From a virus (lineage: Duplodnaviria; Caudoviricetes), in the IMG/VR virus record IMGVR_UViG_3300037755_000349, positions 8,068 through 72,067 of that record: a stretch of DNA of 64,000 nucleotides. One strand, written 5' to 3'. Shown piece by piece: positions 26,390-36,400 of this stretch. How positions within the stretch are numbered: position 1 is the stretch's first letter; every line of letters starts with the position of its first letter. A model generated the notes under the pieces. The model was not told the origin of the DNA. It ran no database searches and saw only the letters and a list, made by a program, of their open reading frames with translations. The position numbers and the translations under genes were made by a program.

Positions 26390-26865
26390 GCGCTCAGACT
26401 ATTATCCGCCCCGCAACCGCGTTGGACGCCGTGAATGTCCTGAAGATCATCCGCAAGAGCGACGACCCGCTGGCGGGAGGGGCTTCGGGAGAAAACGAGT
26501 TGCAAGCCGTCAGGCGTGTATTGGATGTCATCGAGACTTCCGTCGCTCTTGTCAGTGAGCAGCATGGCCGCGTGGTCGGAACCATCGCTTTGCGGCCTGT
26601 GCAGGAATTAGGTGCGTGGATGCTGGACGAGGAGTGGTTCGCTGTTCTTCCCTCGTTTCGGTCACGGCGTGAGCCGTATGAGTTGCTCGCGGCATGCGAG
26701 AAGATTGCGGATCGTCAGGGTACGGCGATTCGCATAGGCAAGCGGGTGGAGACCGCGGCCGAACTCAGATCCGTCTTTACGCGCCTGAAGTCCTATTCGT
26801 TTCACGATGGTGCATACGTGAGGCGACCAGGTGCAAAGCCATTATTCCAGTCGGCCGCTTACTAA
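26386..26865 (+). CDS. GNAT-fold acetyltransferase-like protein
   Basis: IIRPAT..D...LVSEQHGRVVGTI...WFAVLPSFR. Confidence 0.65.
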   Translation: MSAQTIIRPATALDAVNVLKIIRKSDDPLAGGASGENELQAVRRVLDVIETSVALVSEQHGRVVGTIALRPVQELGAWMLDEEWFAVLPSFRSRREPYELLAACEKIADRQGTAIRIGKRVETAAELRSVFTRLKSYSFHDGAYVRRPGAKPLFQSAAY

Positions 26866-26883
26866 AAGCGGCAGGGGATCGCA

Positions 26884-27468
26884 GTGACCCCCTATTCCTT
26901 CATCCAGGACGATTTCCTAGAGCAGTTCGAAGCGCTGCGCCGCTATGCCGATCGAGCAGTGTTCGCTGATGTGAGCAACCCGGCGGACAACGTGGTGTAT
27001 CCGCACATCTGCGCGGAGATCCCGCAGAACATCCAGCACGAAATCGAGTTCCAGATCGCGGCCACGATGGGCGCCCCGCCGACGATCACGTACCTGTTCA
27101 TGCGAATGTCGCCCGAGGGCGCGCCGGTGCCGCACGAGGCGCACACCGACCTGCTGATGGGACAATGGTCGATGATGCTGTACCTCAATCGCGAGTTTCA
27201 CTGCAAAGGCGGCACCTCGCTGCTGCGCCACCGCGCCACCGGCCTGTCGGTCCATCCGCGCAATGATGCGGAGCTGGCGGTGTGGAACCGCGATCACAAC
27301 AACCGCAGCGCGTGGGAGACGGACCTGTTGGTCAAGATGGTGGCCAATCGGGCTTTCATCTTCCCGGCCTACCTCATGCACCGCGCCGAACCAATCGGCG
27401 GCTTCGGCAAAGCGCAGCAGGATTCGCGCATGGTCCTGACAGCTTTCTTTAACCTCCCGAAGTCATGA
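26884..27468 (+). CDS. 2OG-Fe(II) dioxygenase-like protein
   Basis: HTD (HxD)...MLYLN..GGT...NRAFIFPAYLMH facial-triad pattern. Confidence 0.7.
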   Translation: MTPYSFIQDDFLEQFEALRRYADRAVFADVSNPADNVVYPHICAEIPQNIQHEIEFQIAATMGAPPTITYLFMRMSPEGAPVPHEAHTDLLMGQWSMMLYLNREFHCKGGTSLLRHRATGLSVHPRNDAELAVWNRDHNNRSAWETDLLVKMVANRAFIFPAYLMHRAEPIGGFGKAQQDSRMVLTAFFNLPKS

Positions 27469-27480
27469 AATAGTGAAAAC

Positions 27481-27945
27481 ATGAAATCACCAGCTCCGAC
27501 CATCCGCATCGCAGCCGAAGCCGACATCCCGCGCATCATCGAGATGGGCCGGAAATTTTGGGCACTCACCGACTACCGATCGGTGGAGTACGACGCCGGT
27601 TCGATCGAGCACTGGTCGAAATTGATGATCGACCAGGGATTGCTCCTGGTTGCGGAGGTCGACGGCGAAGTCGTCGGCTCTGTCGGCGCATTGAGCGCTC
27701 CGCTGTTGGGCAACGTGAAGTATCGAGTAGCGTCGGAGCTGTTTTGGTGGTTGGAGCCAGAGCATCGCACCGTGGGCCTGGGCGCCGCGCTGCTGATCGG
27801 CATCGAGGGCGCAGCGAAGGCCCAAGGCGTGAAGTTCTTCAACATGATCGCGCTGAACGCGGTGGAGCCGGAACGCGCAGCACAGGTATACCTGGAGCGC
27901 GGATACAAACTCACAGAGTGGTCTTTCACGAAAGAGCTGTACTGA
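27481..27945 (+). CDS. GNAT N-acetyltransferase
   Basis: IRIAAEADIP..LLVAEVDGEVVG...WWLEPEHRTVGLGAALL...VYLERGY. Confidence 0.85.
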   Translation: MKSPAPTIRIAAEADIPRIIEMGRKFWALTDYRSVEYDAGSIEHWSKLMIDQGLLLVAEVDGEVVGSVGALSAPLLGNVKYRVASELFWWLEPEHRTVGLGAALLIGIEGAAKAQGVKFFNMIALNAVEPERAAQVYLERGYKLTEWSFTKELY

Positions 27946-28009
27946 ACGAAGTTTCGAGCGCGCGCTGGCGGCCCGCGGCTCGGGTTATCTATGCAGGAGG
28001 AGAGAGAAC

Positions 28010-29047
28010 ATGGCCGCCGTAACTGCTGGTGTTGTCGCCGCTGGTGCCACCGCCTACTCAGCGAATCGACAAGCCGCCGCCGCAAGATCCGGTTCGCGAT
28101 CTACCCAGTCCGAGCCGCAATGGTTGCAGGACGCACAACGCTTTGCCGTTGACCGCTCGCAGCAGATCGCCGATCGCACGTACCAACCATACACGCGCCA
28201 GCGGATTGCCGGGCAGACGCAGAACGAGATCGACTCCGGCAACCTGGCCGCGGTCAATTCCGACGCCAACGTAAGCGCCAGGCGCAACCTTGGCGCTGCG
28301 GAGGAACAAGTCAACGAAATCGCCGCCTCGGACTGGAACGAGCAGACGATGAACCAGTACATGAACCCTTACATCAAGGGCGTGCTGGACCCTGCGGCGA
28401 AAGAAGCAAAGCGCGCTTATTCGGACGAACTGGCGGCGCTGCGTGGCAAAGCCGTCTCGATGGGCGCGTTCGGTTCTGAACGATCGACGCAGCTTGAGGG
28501 CAACCTCAACCGCAACTATCAACAGAATGTCGGCGACATCTACAGCAAGGGCCACGCCTACGCATTCGATGCGGCGATGAAGGGCTGGCAGGCGGATAAC
28601 TCGCGCAGGCTCGCGGCCTCCGATGCATATCGCTCGGTCGGCGGCGATATCTCGCGCCTGAACACCGCGCAGATCACCGACCTCATGCGCACCGGCCAGT
28701 CGCAGCGGCTGCTCGAACAGGCACAACTTGATTTCGACTATGAAAACTTTACCGAGGAACGCGACTGGGACATCACCAATCTGCAACCGTTGCTCCAGTC
28801 GATCGGTGCGGCGAGAGGCGGCAATGTCACCACCACGACCTCCGGACCGAAAGCCGACAAGGTCGGCACCATCCTCGGTGCCGCCGGCACGTTGATCGGC
28901 TACTTCGGCGGCGGCACGCAAACCGCGGCGCCATCCTCGATGTGGAGCGATCGACAGATCGCCTCCGACGCGCGCGCGCAGAACCTCGGCAATCTGGAAA
29001 CCTCGATCGGCAATATGCGCATGCCGACCGTGGACTACGCGGAGTAA
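28010..29047 (+). CDS. DNA ejection/transfer protein 1
   Basis: GGAGG RBS; MAAVTAGVVAAG N-terminus; YMNPY...V, GAFG..R motifs of podovirus ejection proteins. Confidence 0.7.
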   Translation: MAAVTAGVVAAGATAYSANRQAAAARSGSRSTQSEPQWLQDAQRFAVDRSQQIADRTYQPYTRQRIAGQTQNEIDSGNLAAVNSDANVSARRNLGAAEEQVNEIAASDWNEQTMNQYMNPYIKGVLDPAAKEAKRAYSDELAALRGKAVSMGAFGSERSTQLEGNLNRNYQQNVGDIYSKGHAYAFDAAMKGWQADNSRRLAASDAYRSVGGDISRLNTAQITDLMRTGQSQRLLEQAQLDFDYENFTEERDWDITNLQPLLQSIGAARGGNVTTTTSGPKADKVGTILGAAGTLIGYFGGGTQTAAPSSMWSDRQIASDARAQNLGNLETSIGNMRMPTVDYAE

Positions 29048-29054
29048 TCGAAAC

Positions 29055-30473
29055 ATGCTGCAACAACCACAGAATTCCTCGATGCAGGAGTACATGGCGC
29101 AGTACGGTGAGCGCTTGAACGCGCTACTTGGTTACGCGCCGCAACCATCGAATCTCGGTGCTGCGCAGTCCGGCGAGAGTCCAATGGTGGACGAGATGGG
29201 CGCCGCGCCAGCGTCGCCAGGCATGAATCTCGGCGCCGAACAGGCACAGCCGATGATGCAGCAACAGCCCGCGGCAGCTCCGGCCGCGCCGAGTGCTGCG
29301 CCGGCGCCGACTACTCCGCCCATGCAGAAGAACGAGAAGGGCCAGGTGGTGATCGAGTCGCGCCCCAAGGACTTCGACTTCGGTGTGAAGGATGACGATC
29401 TCAAGGATGTGAAGAGCGTCGGGGACCTGGTGCAGAAACTGCCCGAGGAGAAGGCGAACGCATACATGGATTGGTGGGAAGAGCGCTACGGGCAGGTCAA
29501 TGGCAAGTACGACGCGATGCTGGCGGAGCTTGGCCAGCGTCCCGATCCTAAGTCTCGCGATCTATCGCGCAAGGACAAATTCACGCTGCTGATGGAGTTC
29601 GGCCTCAATTTGATGAAGCACTCTCAGCAGGGCGGCGATCGAACTGGCGCAATGGGAGCCGCTCTGCACGATACCGTGCGAGGTGATCAAGCACGCCGGG
29701 AGAAGGACTTCGAGCGGCATCGGAGTCTGAGTGGCGAAATCGAAGGGCGGCGGCAGCAAGACCTCAAGGCGATCGGCACGCGCGGAGATGCGATGGTCGC
29801 GTCGCAAAACCTTGGCGCTGCCGCTGCCAAAGAAGGCCGCGAAGCGACCGAGTTCGCCGAGCGCGACGAGGAAGTCAAGAACATCGTCTATGGCGATGAG
29901 GGTGTCGTCGGTGTTACTCGCAAGGGTGAGGGGCGTACCGTCACCGATGAGACCGGCCGCGCCGTCAGATCCACACTCGGCATTGCTCGCGGATCTCGCG
30001 GTAGTGGCCGCGGTGCTGGCGGCTATGCGCCGCATAACATTGAGAAGCTCGCGACTTTTTACTCCAAGACCTACGACATCCCGATCGAGGTTGCCACCAA
30101 CATCGCGCGCTCGGAAAAGAACGCGACCGATCCGTTCAAGATGTATTCGACCATCTTGAACGGACAGCTTCGGCAATACATGCCGGCCGACGAGGCGGCG
30201 AGGGTAGCGAAGGAGTTGGTCGAGGGTGCGTTCGGTGAGGGCGCGCTCGACAGCAAGCCAGGTGCGCCGATCGAGCGACCAGGTGGCGGCGGCAACCTCG
30301 GCGCCGCGGAGCCCGCCGCCGCGCCTGCACCTGGTTCGAGTCTCGGCAGCTCCGCTCCGCCGGCAAATCTGCTCAAGTCGGGCAAGGTGACCACGATCCG
30401 AAACAAGCGCACTGGCGCAGAGGAGAAGTGGACGCTCGATGAGACCGGACAGCCCAAGCGAGTACTACGCTGA
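29055..30473 (+). CDS. DNA ejection/transfer protein 2
   Basis: Low-complexity helical ORF between ejection protein 1 and the giant gene. Confidence 0.6.
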   Translation: MLQQPQNSSMQEYMAQYGERLNALLGYAPQPSNLGAAQSGESPMVDEMGAAPASPGMNLGAEQAQPMMQQQPAAAPAAPSAAPAPTTPPMQKNEKGQVVIESRPKDFDFGVKDDDLKDVKSVGDLVQKLPEEKANAYMDWWEERYGQVNGKYDAMLAELGQRPDPKSRDLSRKDKFTLLMEFGLNLMKHSQQGGDRTGAMGAALHDTVRGDQARREKDFERHRSLSGEIEGRRQQDLKAIGTRGDAMVASQNLGAAAAKEGREATEFAERDEEVKNIVYGDEGVVGVTRKGEGRTVTDETGRAVRSTLGIARGSRGSGRGAGGYAPHNIEKLATFYSKTYDIPIEVATNIARSEKNATDPFKMYSTILNGQLRQYMPADEAARVAKELVEGAFGEGALDSKPGAPIERPGGGGNLGAAEPAAAPAPGSSLGSSAPPANLLKSGKVTTIRNKRTGAEEKWTLDETGQPKRVLR

Positions 30474-30474
30474 C

Positions 30475-33400
30475 ATGGCAACGAACGAATGGGAGGTCAT
30501 CGGCGAAGAGCCGGATGTACTGCAACCTGCAACACAACCGACTGTAGCGCCGCAGAATGTGTTGCAGGGTGCAGTACAAAATGATTGGGAGGTTCTAGGC
30601 GAGGAGGACCTCACGCCCGATGCACTGCTGCCTGGCGAGGCGTTGAATCTCGCGACAGCGCCCGATGAGCAGTTCGGTCTCGATGAGACACAGCGGAGCA
30701 TGGCGAGTGCACTCACGCGCGCCGGCGCCGATCAAATCATCGACGATGTGGCGAGCCGGGAAATCTTGGCTGCACCGCCGCCGGCGCCTGGCCGTATCGA
30801 GCCCACCGCGCTCACGGCAACGCGCAGATTTCTCCCTGGCGGCAAGCAGATAGCCGAGCCCGTCGATCCGGACGTCGACCTGCGCGCGATGAAGCGCCTG
30901 CCGGGAAATATTGGCCGCAGCTCGAAGGCTCAGGTGAAGGAAGCGATCGCCGGCACACAGCGCCTGTTCGCCGACTTGCAGGCCAACATGGACATCGCGA
31001 AAGCGGAATCGTATCGCTCGTACCAGAGCGACGATCCGCAAGTGCTGGCACAGCAGCAGGCCGCGGCCGGTGAAGCCGAGGAGCGCGCCGGCCACGCGGA
31101 ACTTGCGCAGGGTCGAGCTGCTCGCACGACGCGACGCGCGCAGGCCGAGGGGCAGGCCGCAATCCCCGCCGACGCCGGCGAGATCGAGCGAGCGATCCAA
31201 AGTGGCGTATCGAGCGCGGCGGTGACACTGCCGATCGTGACGCTTGGCTCCGTGGTGCCTGGTGGCCAGGGTGCTGCGCTGGTAACGCTCGGTGGCATGA
31301 CGGGCAGCGCACGCTACGGCGAGCTGCGCGCCGCGGGGCTCGATGAGGGTACGGCGGCGTTGAGCGCAGCAGCGCTCGGTGGCCTCGAAGGGCTCACCGA
31401 GAAAATCCCGTTGGGCACGCTGGCTAAGAAGTCGCCCTTTATCGAGAAGGCCACCGAGTTCCTGGTGCAGGACCTGCTCGGCGAGAACGTGTCCACCGTG
31501 GCGCAGATCGCGGACGACTACCGCCTGGGCCTGCGCGATGACGTGACGATGGCCGACGTGCAGCAAGCCATCAAGGAGACGAGCGCGGCGACGATCGCCG
31601 GCTCCGCCGCGCAGCTCACCGTGTCAGGCATCTTCGAACAGGCCCTCAACCGGGCGAACCAGAAGGCAATCGACCGCGAGGCCAAGGCGGGCATGCAGCG
31701 CCAGGAGCCGTTCATCTCCGAACCCGACCTGGCGGGCATCGGCGAGCTGGAGTACGAGGCGGCGCCGGCTGCTGCCGCGGGCGATCTGGAGGTAGTGGCC
31801 GAGGAACCCCTGGCGGCTGCCCCTGGCAGCGCTCAAGACGAGCTGGCCGCGCTGGAGGCCCTACGCAAGGGCGGAGCCACGCCCGAGCAGGAAGCGATCC
31901 TGGAGGGCCTGGGCCACCTGGTGCGAACCGAGACCGGGACGCCAGTACTACTGCCATCGGGACGGCGTAGACTTACGGAGCTGAATCAACAGCTTGCGGA
32001 TAGTCGCAGTGAAACAAAAAACCAGGCTCTCCCTCAGCCCGTTGCAGCAGGTGCTAAAGAAGCACCTGGATCGGCTCAACCCGGATTGGGCGAAGCGGCC
32101 GGGACCACACCGTCGCTCACAGAAGCAACTCAGGGAGCAGCGCGCGGCGTCCGTGTTGGTCGATCGCCGGCGCCTGGTGGTGAACGACAAGGTGAAAGTG
32201 TTGCTGCTGGAGAAGCCAACCTCGAAGACACGATCCCAATCCCGCAGCAATACGAGCGGGTGATCCTGGAGTCGATCATCAAGGACGACGCGACGCCGGG
32301 GCAGATTGGTATCGCGATATCCCGAGGGTTTGCAAAGCGCCGCTCCGATGGCACCGCGACGCTGTTGCCGGCGGGCCGGCGGCGGCTGGTCGAACTGGAG
32401 TCAGGCCAGCCGCCGGCCGACGTTGAGGCGACGTTTGAGGGCGAGGAGCTGCGCCGAGCTGGCGATCTTCGCCGCACGCCGCGAGTGGAGGTTAAGCCGG
32501 CACAGGCGCGCAGCGGCAGCGTTCAGACGCCGCGTGGCGGCTTCACTGTGCACGTCGATGGCAAGCCGGTCGTCGAGCTTCCCGATGCGCAAGCCGCGCG
32601 CGAGGCCGCGGCCGGATTTGCGGCTGACGGGACTTTTAAGACCACCGTCGCCGGGCAACCCGTGTCGGTCGACGTGACGCCTACGGACGCGCAGAAGGCG
32701 TCCGGCACCTATACCAAGGGTCACATTCGCTACGAGGGTCTCCAGATCTCGATCGAAAATCCCAAAGGCTCTATTCGCTCTGGCGTGTCGGAAAGTGGGA
32801 GAAAGTGGAGCCGTGCGCTTGGAGCTGATTACGGGTACGTGCGCGGTTCCGAATCTGCTGACGGCGATCATGTCGATGTCTTCCTCGGTGATGCGACCAG
32901 CGACGTTGCGTACATCGTCGATCAGGTGAAAGCGGATGGCACTTTCGACGAGCACAAGGTGATGCTCGGCTACCCATCGCTTGAGGCTGCGACCGCAGCG
33001 TATCGAGCACAGTACCCAAAGGGATGGAAGGGACTCGGTGCGATAACCCACATACCGATCGCGGACTTCAAAACGTGGGTGAAGTCTCCACAAGCGAAGC
33101 AACCCTACGCATGGAAACCTAAAGCGCAAGCTGTCGCCGCGGTTCCCTCGGCCGAACCAGCGCCTGAGCGCGCGAAGCTGCACAAGAAGATCTATCGCGG
33201 CACCGAGGCCGGCACGAAAGGAGCCGAAACGCGCGCTGCACCGCGAGGTGAATTGGGGCCGGGCATCTACTTCACGCCGGATGCAAAGCTCGCCGCGAGT
33301 TACGGCGGTGGCCCCACGGCGAGTATCGCGAAGGGCACTCGCGTGGTGCACACCGCGGAGCTGGCGCGCGATCTGAAGGCCGAGGAGATTGGCACACTCG

Positions 33401-36400
33401 AAGGCGGATCTCGCGACGGGGAGACTGCGCGCCTGGTCTCGAATGGCAAGGAGTTGTGGCGCGGCGAGTGGAACGCACGCAAGTCGCAAGAGGCGAACTA
33501 TCAGGCGATGGTGAAGGCGATCAAAGGCGCCGGCCTGAAGATGATCGTGGGCGCCGATGACTCGATCGCAATCAACCAGGTCGCTGTAACAGATCCGAAC
33601 ATTCTGAAATTCGATCAGGCGAAGCTGCACAAGAAACGTCTTCCATTGGAAGAGCGAGCGGATGACGCCTCAGATCAGCAGCGAGCCACGTTGCGCGATA
33701 TCGATACGGCGTCGGTTACTCCGCAATTTCAATTGCGCGCCGCCACGGAGGATGTCTACGACACCGCGGATGCCCACTTCACCTCTTCGGAGGTTTTGAA
33801 GGGCGTTCATGATGTGCCGCTGAAAACTCTTGGCCTCACTGGCTACGACGATGCGAAATCTGTCGCGCGTATCGCGCGCCTGGCCGAGCAGATCAAGGAG
33901 AGCGGCGAGGTCTCGCCGATCATGGTGGGCATCGACCGCAATGGCGAAGCCTACGTGATGGAGGGCCAACATCGAGCGCGCGCGCTGCAACTACTTGGTA
34001 GTGACAGCATCCCGGCGAAAATCGTCTTGGACACGACCGACGACGATGGCGTGCGGCTACATAAGAAACAAACCGAGACTGCCGCATTCAAGAAGTGGTT
34101 CGGCGATAGTAAGGTGGTCGATGCGGACGGCAATCCTCAAGTCGTCTATCACGGCACCGGAAACCTGGAGGGGCTGAACGAATTCCGGCCCGAGCTAACT
34201 GGCCTCGGCAACGATCAAATCGGCAGCGGCTTTTACTTCACGACAAGCCAGGAGGAGGCAAGCGCTTACACAACAGCGCGCATGCCGAACGCAGGAACCA
34301 AGCTCGGCGGTGATCAATCACCAGGCATTGTTCCTGCCTACCTGAGCATCAAGAATCCGATCATCGTAAAAGGCCCCAATCTTCGCGATGTTGATGTGGA
34401 TCTGTCGGCGAAGCAGGTAGAGGCAATTATCCGCCACGCGCCGCGGTTATTCGATGTTGAAAACACGCCGCTTCTTGATTGGCATGAGAATGCGAGCACA
34501 CGCGTTACTCCGGCAATGGTCAGGGATGTAGCAAAGAAATACACCGGCCCGGCGCTTATCCAGATCGAACACGATTTTTTTGGTCGTGAAGGCGAGGCCA
34601 CGAAGTTCCGCGAAGCGCTGCGCAAGGTGCTCGGGTATGACGGCGCGGTGATCGACTTCGGAACGAAGAAGCATTGGGTCGCCTGGTTTCCTGAGCAGAT
34701 CAAAAGCGCGATCGGCAACCGCGGCACGTTCAATCCGAAAGATCCGGATATTCGCTTTCATAATAAGCAGTCCAAAACCGACGCGTTCAGGCGCTGGTTC
34801 GGTGAAAGCAAAATCGTGGACGACGAAGGCAACCCGCTCGTCGTGTACCACGGCACGGGCAGCGACTTCACCGAGTTCCAGCCTACCGATTACGGCTGGT
34901 ATGGGTGGGGTTCTTACTTCACCAGCAACGAAAAATTCGCGAATGAGTTCGCCGAGGGAGCGGACGGCAATCCGAACGTGATGCCGGTGTATCTGGCGAT
35001 CGAGCGGCCTTTCTACTTCACACCGAAGGACAACGACACGCCAACCAACGTGCAGTTGCTCATGGCTGTCGGACACTCACGCCGCAAAGCCGAGAGCATC
35101 ATCAATCGCGAAGGCGACGTGAACGTCCGGGTATTCGACAAGCTGCAAGAGGAGGGGCACGACGGCATTGTCGTGCTCGAACCTGGGCGCACCGAGTACA
35201 TCATCTTCGAGCCATCGCAGATTAAGAGCGCGATCGGTAACACCGGCGCATTCGATCCTGCTAATCCGAACATTCTATTTCACAAGGCTTTCCACGGCTC
35301 GCCGTATCGCTTCCAGAAGTTCGTGCTCGATGACAAGACCATCGGGACCGGCGAAGGCGCACACGCCTACGGATGGGGCCTGTACTTTGCCGAAAACGAA
35401 GCCGTTGCAAAGGACTATCAGCGCCGCCTGTCCGATTCCTCCGCGCATGTGCGCCTGAGCGTGAATGGCAAGGAATTGGAGGACGGACCCGAGCGCCATG
35501 GCGCCAGTCTCGTGGCCTTCAACGATCTGCGCGAGGTGCGCGCACTCGCGAAGCGCTGGCTCGCCGAGTATGAGAACGACCCCGGCATGAAGGAGACGGC
35601 GGAGCACGCCGGCCTAGCCGCGGCGGAGTATTGGCCACGGTTGAACAGCTTCGTGCAAAGCCACACGAAGAGGGACATCAAGGTGGCGCGCGGCTTGCTG
35701 TACAGCGTGGAGATCAACGATGCCGCGGTGAAAAACATGCTGGACTGGGATGTGACGTGGGAATCGCAACTCGACACGGTGAAGGAGACGCTGCGCAAGG
35801 CAGGCGTGTTCAAACGCTACAAGGCGAACCTGAGCAACTACGGCACGCCCATGCAAACGCGCAATCGCAAGATGCGCGGGGAGAGCATCTACGCGTTCCT
35901 GAGCATGGAGAAGGGCGGCGACCAAGCGGCCTCGAAGTATCTCTCCTCGCTCGGCATCCACGGCCTGCGATACAAGGACGAAGGATCGAGAGGCAAACGC
36001 GGCGGCACACGCAACATCGTGGTGTTCGACGACTCGATCATCACTGTGACGCACATCGATGGCTCGCCGGTCACGGCGCAGGAGCGCACCGATGCGATCG
36101 GTCCGCTGTTCAGCCGCGTCAACACCAACGCGAATGAGAGCAGGTATCGCGCGATCACGGGCACACCCCGCGAGCAGCGCTCCGCGCAAGTGCGCACGGA
36201 AGTGAACCGCGTGCTGCGCAACTTCCCCGGCGCATCGGCCAACGTGGTGCAGACTTTCAACGAGCTGCCCAACGACGTGCGCGCGCGTGTGATCGCCGCC
36301 GGCGGCCTCGATGAGAAAGGCAACCCCGCGGTCGATGCGTTCTACGACCCGCCAACCGGCCAGGTGTATTTCATCGCGAACGAGATCGAGTCGATCGACA

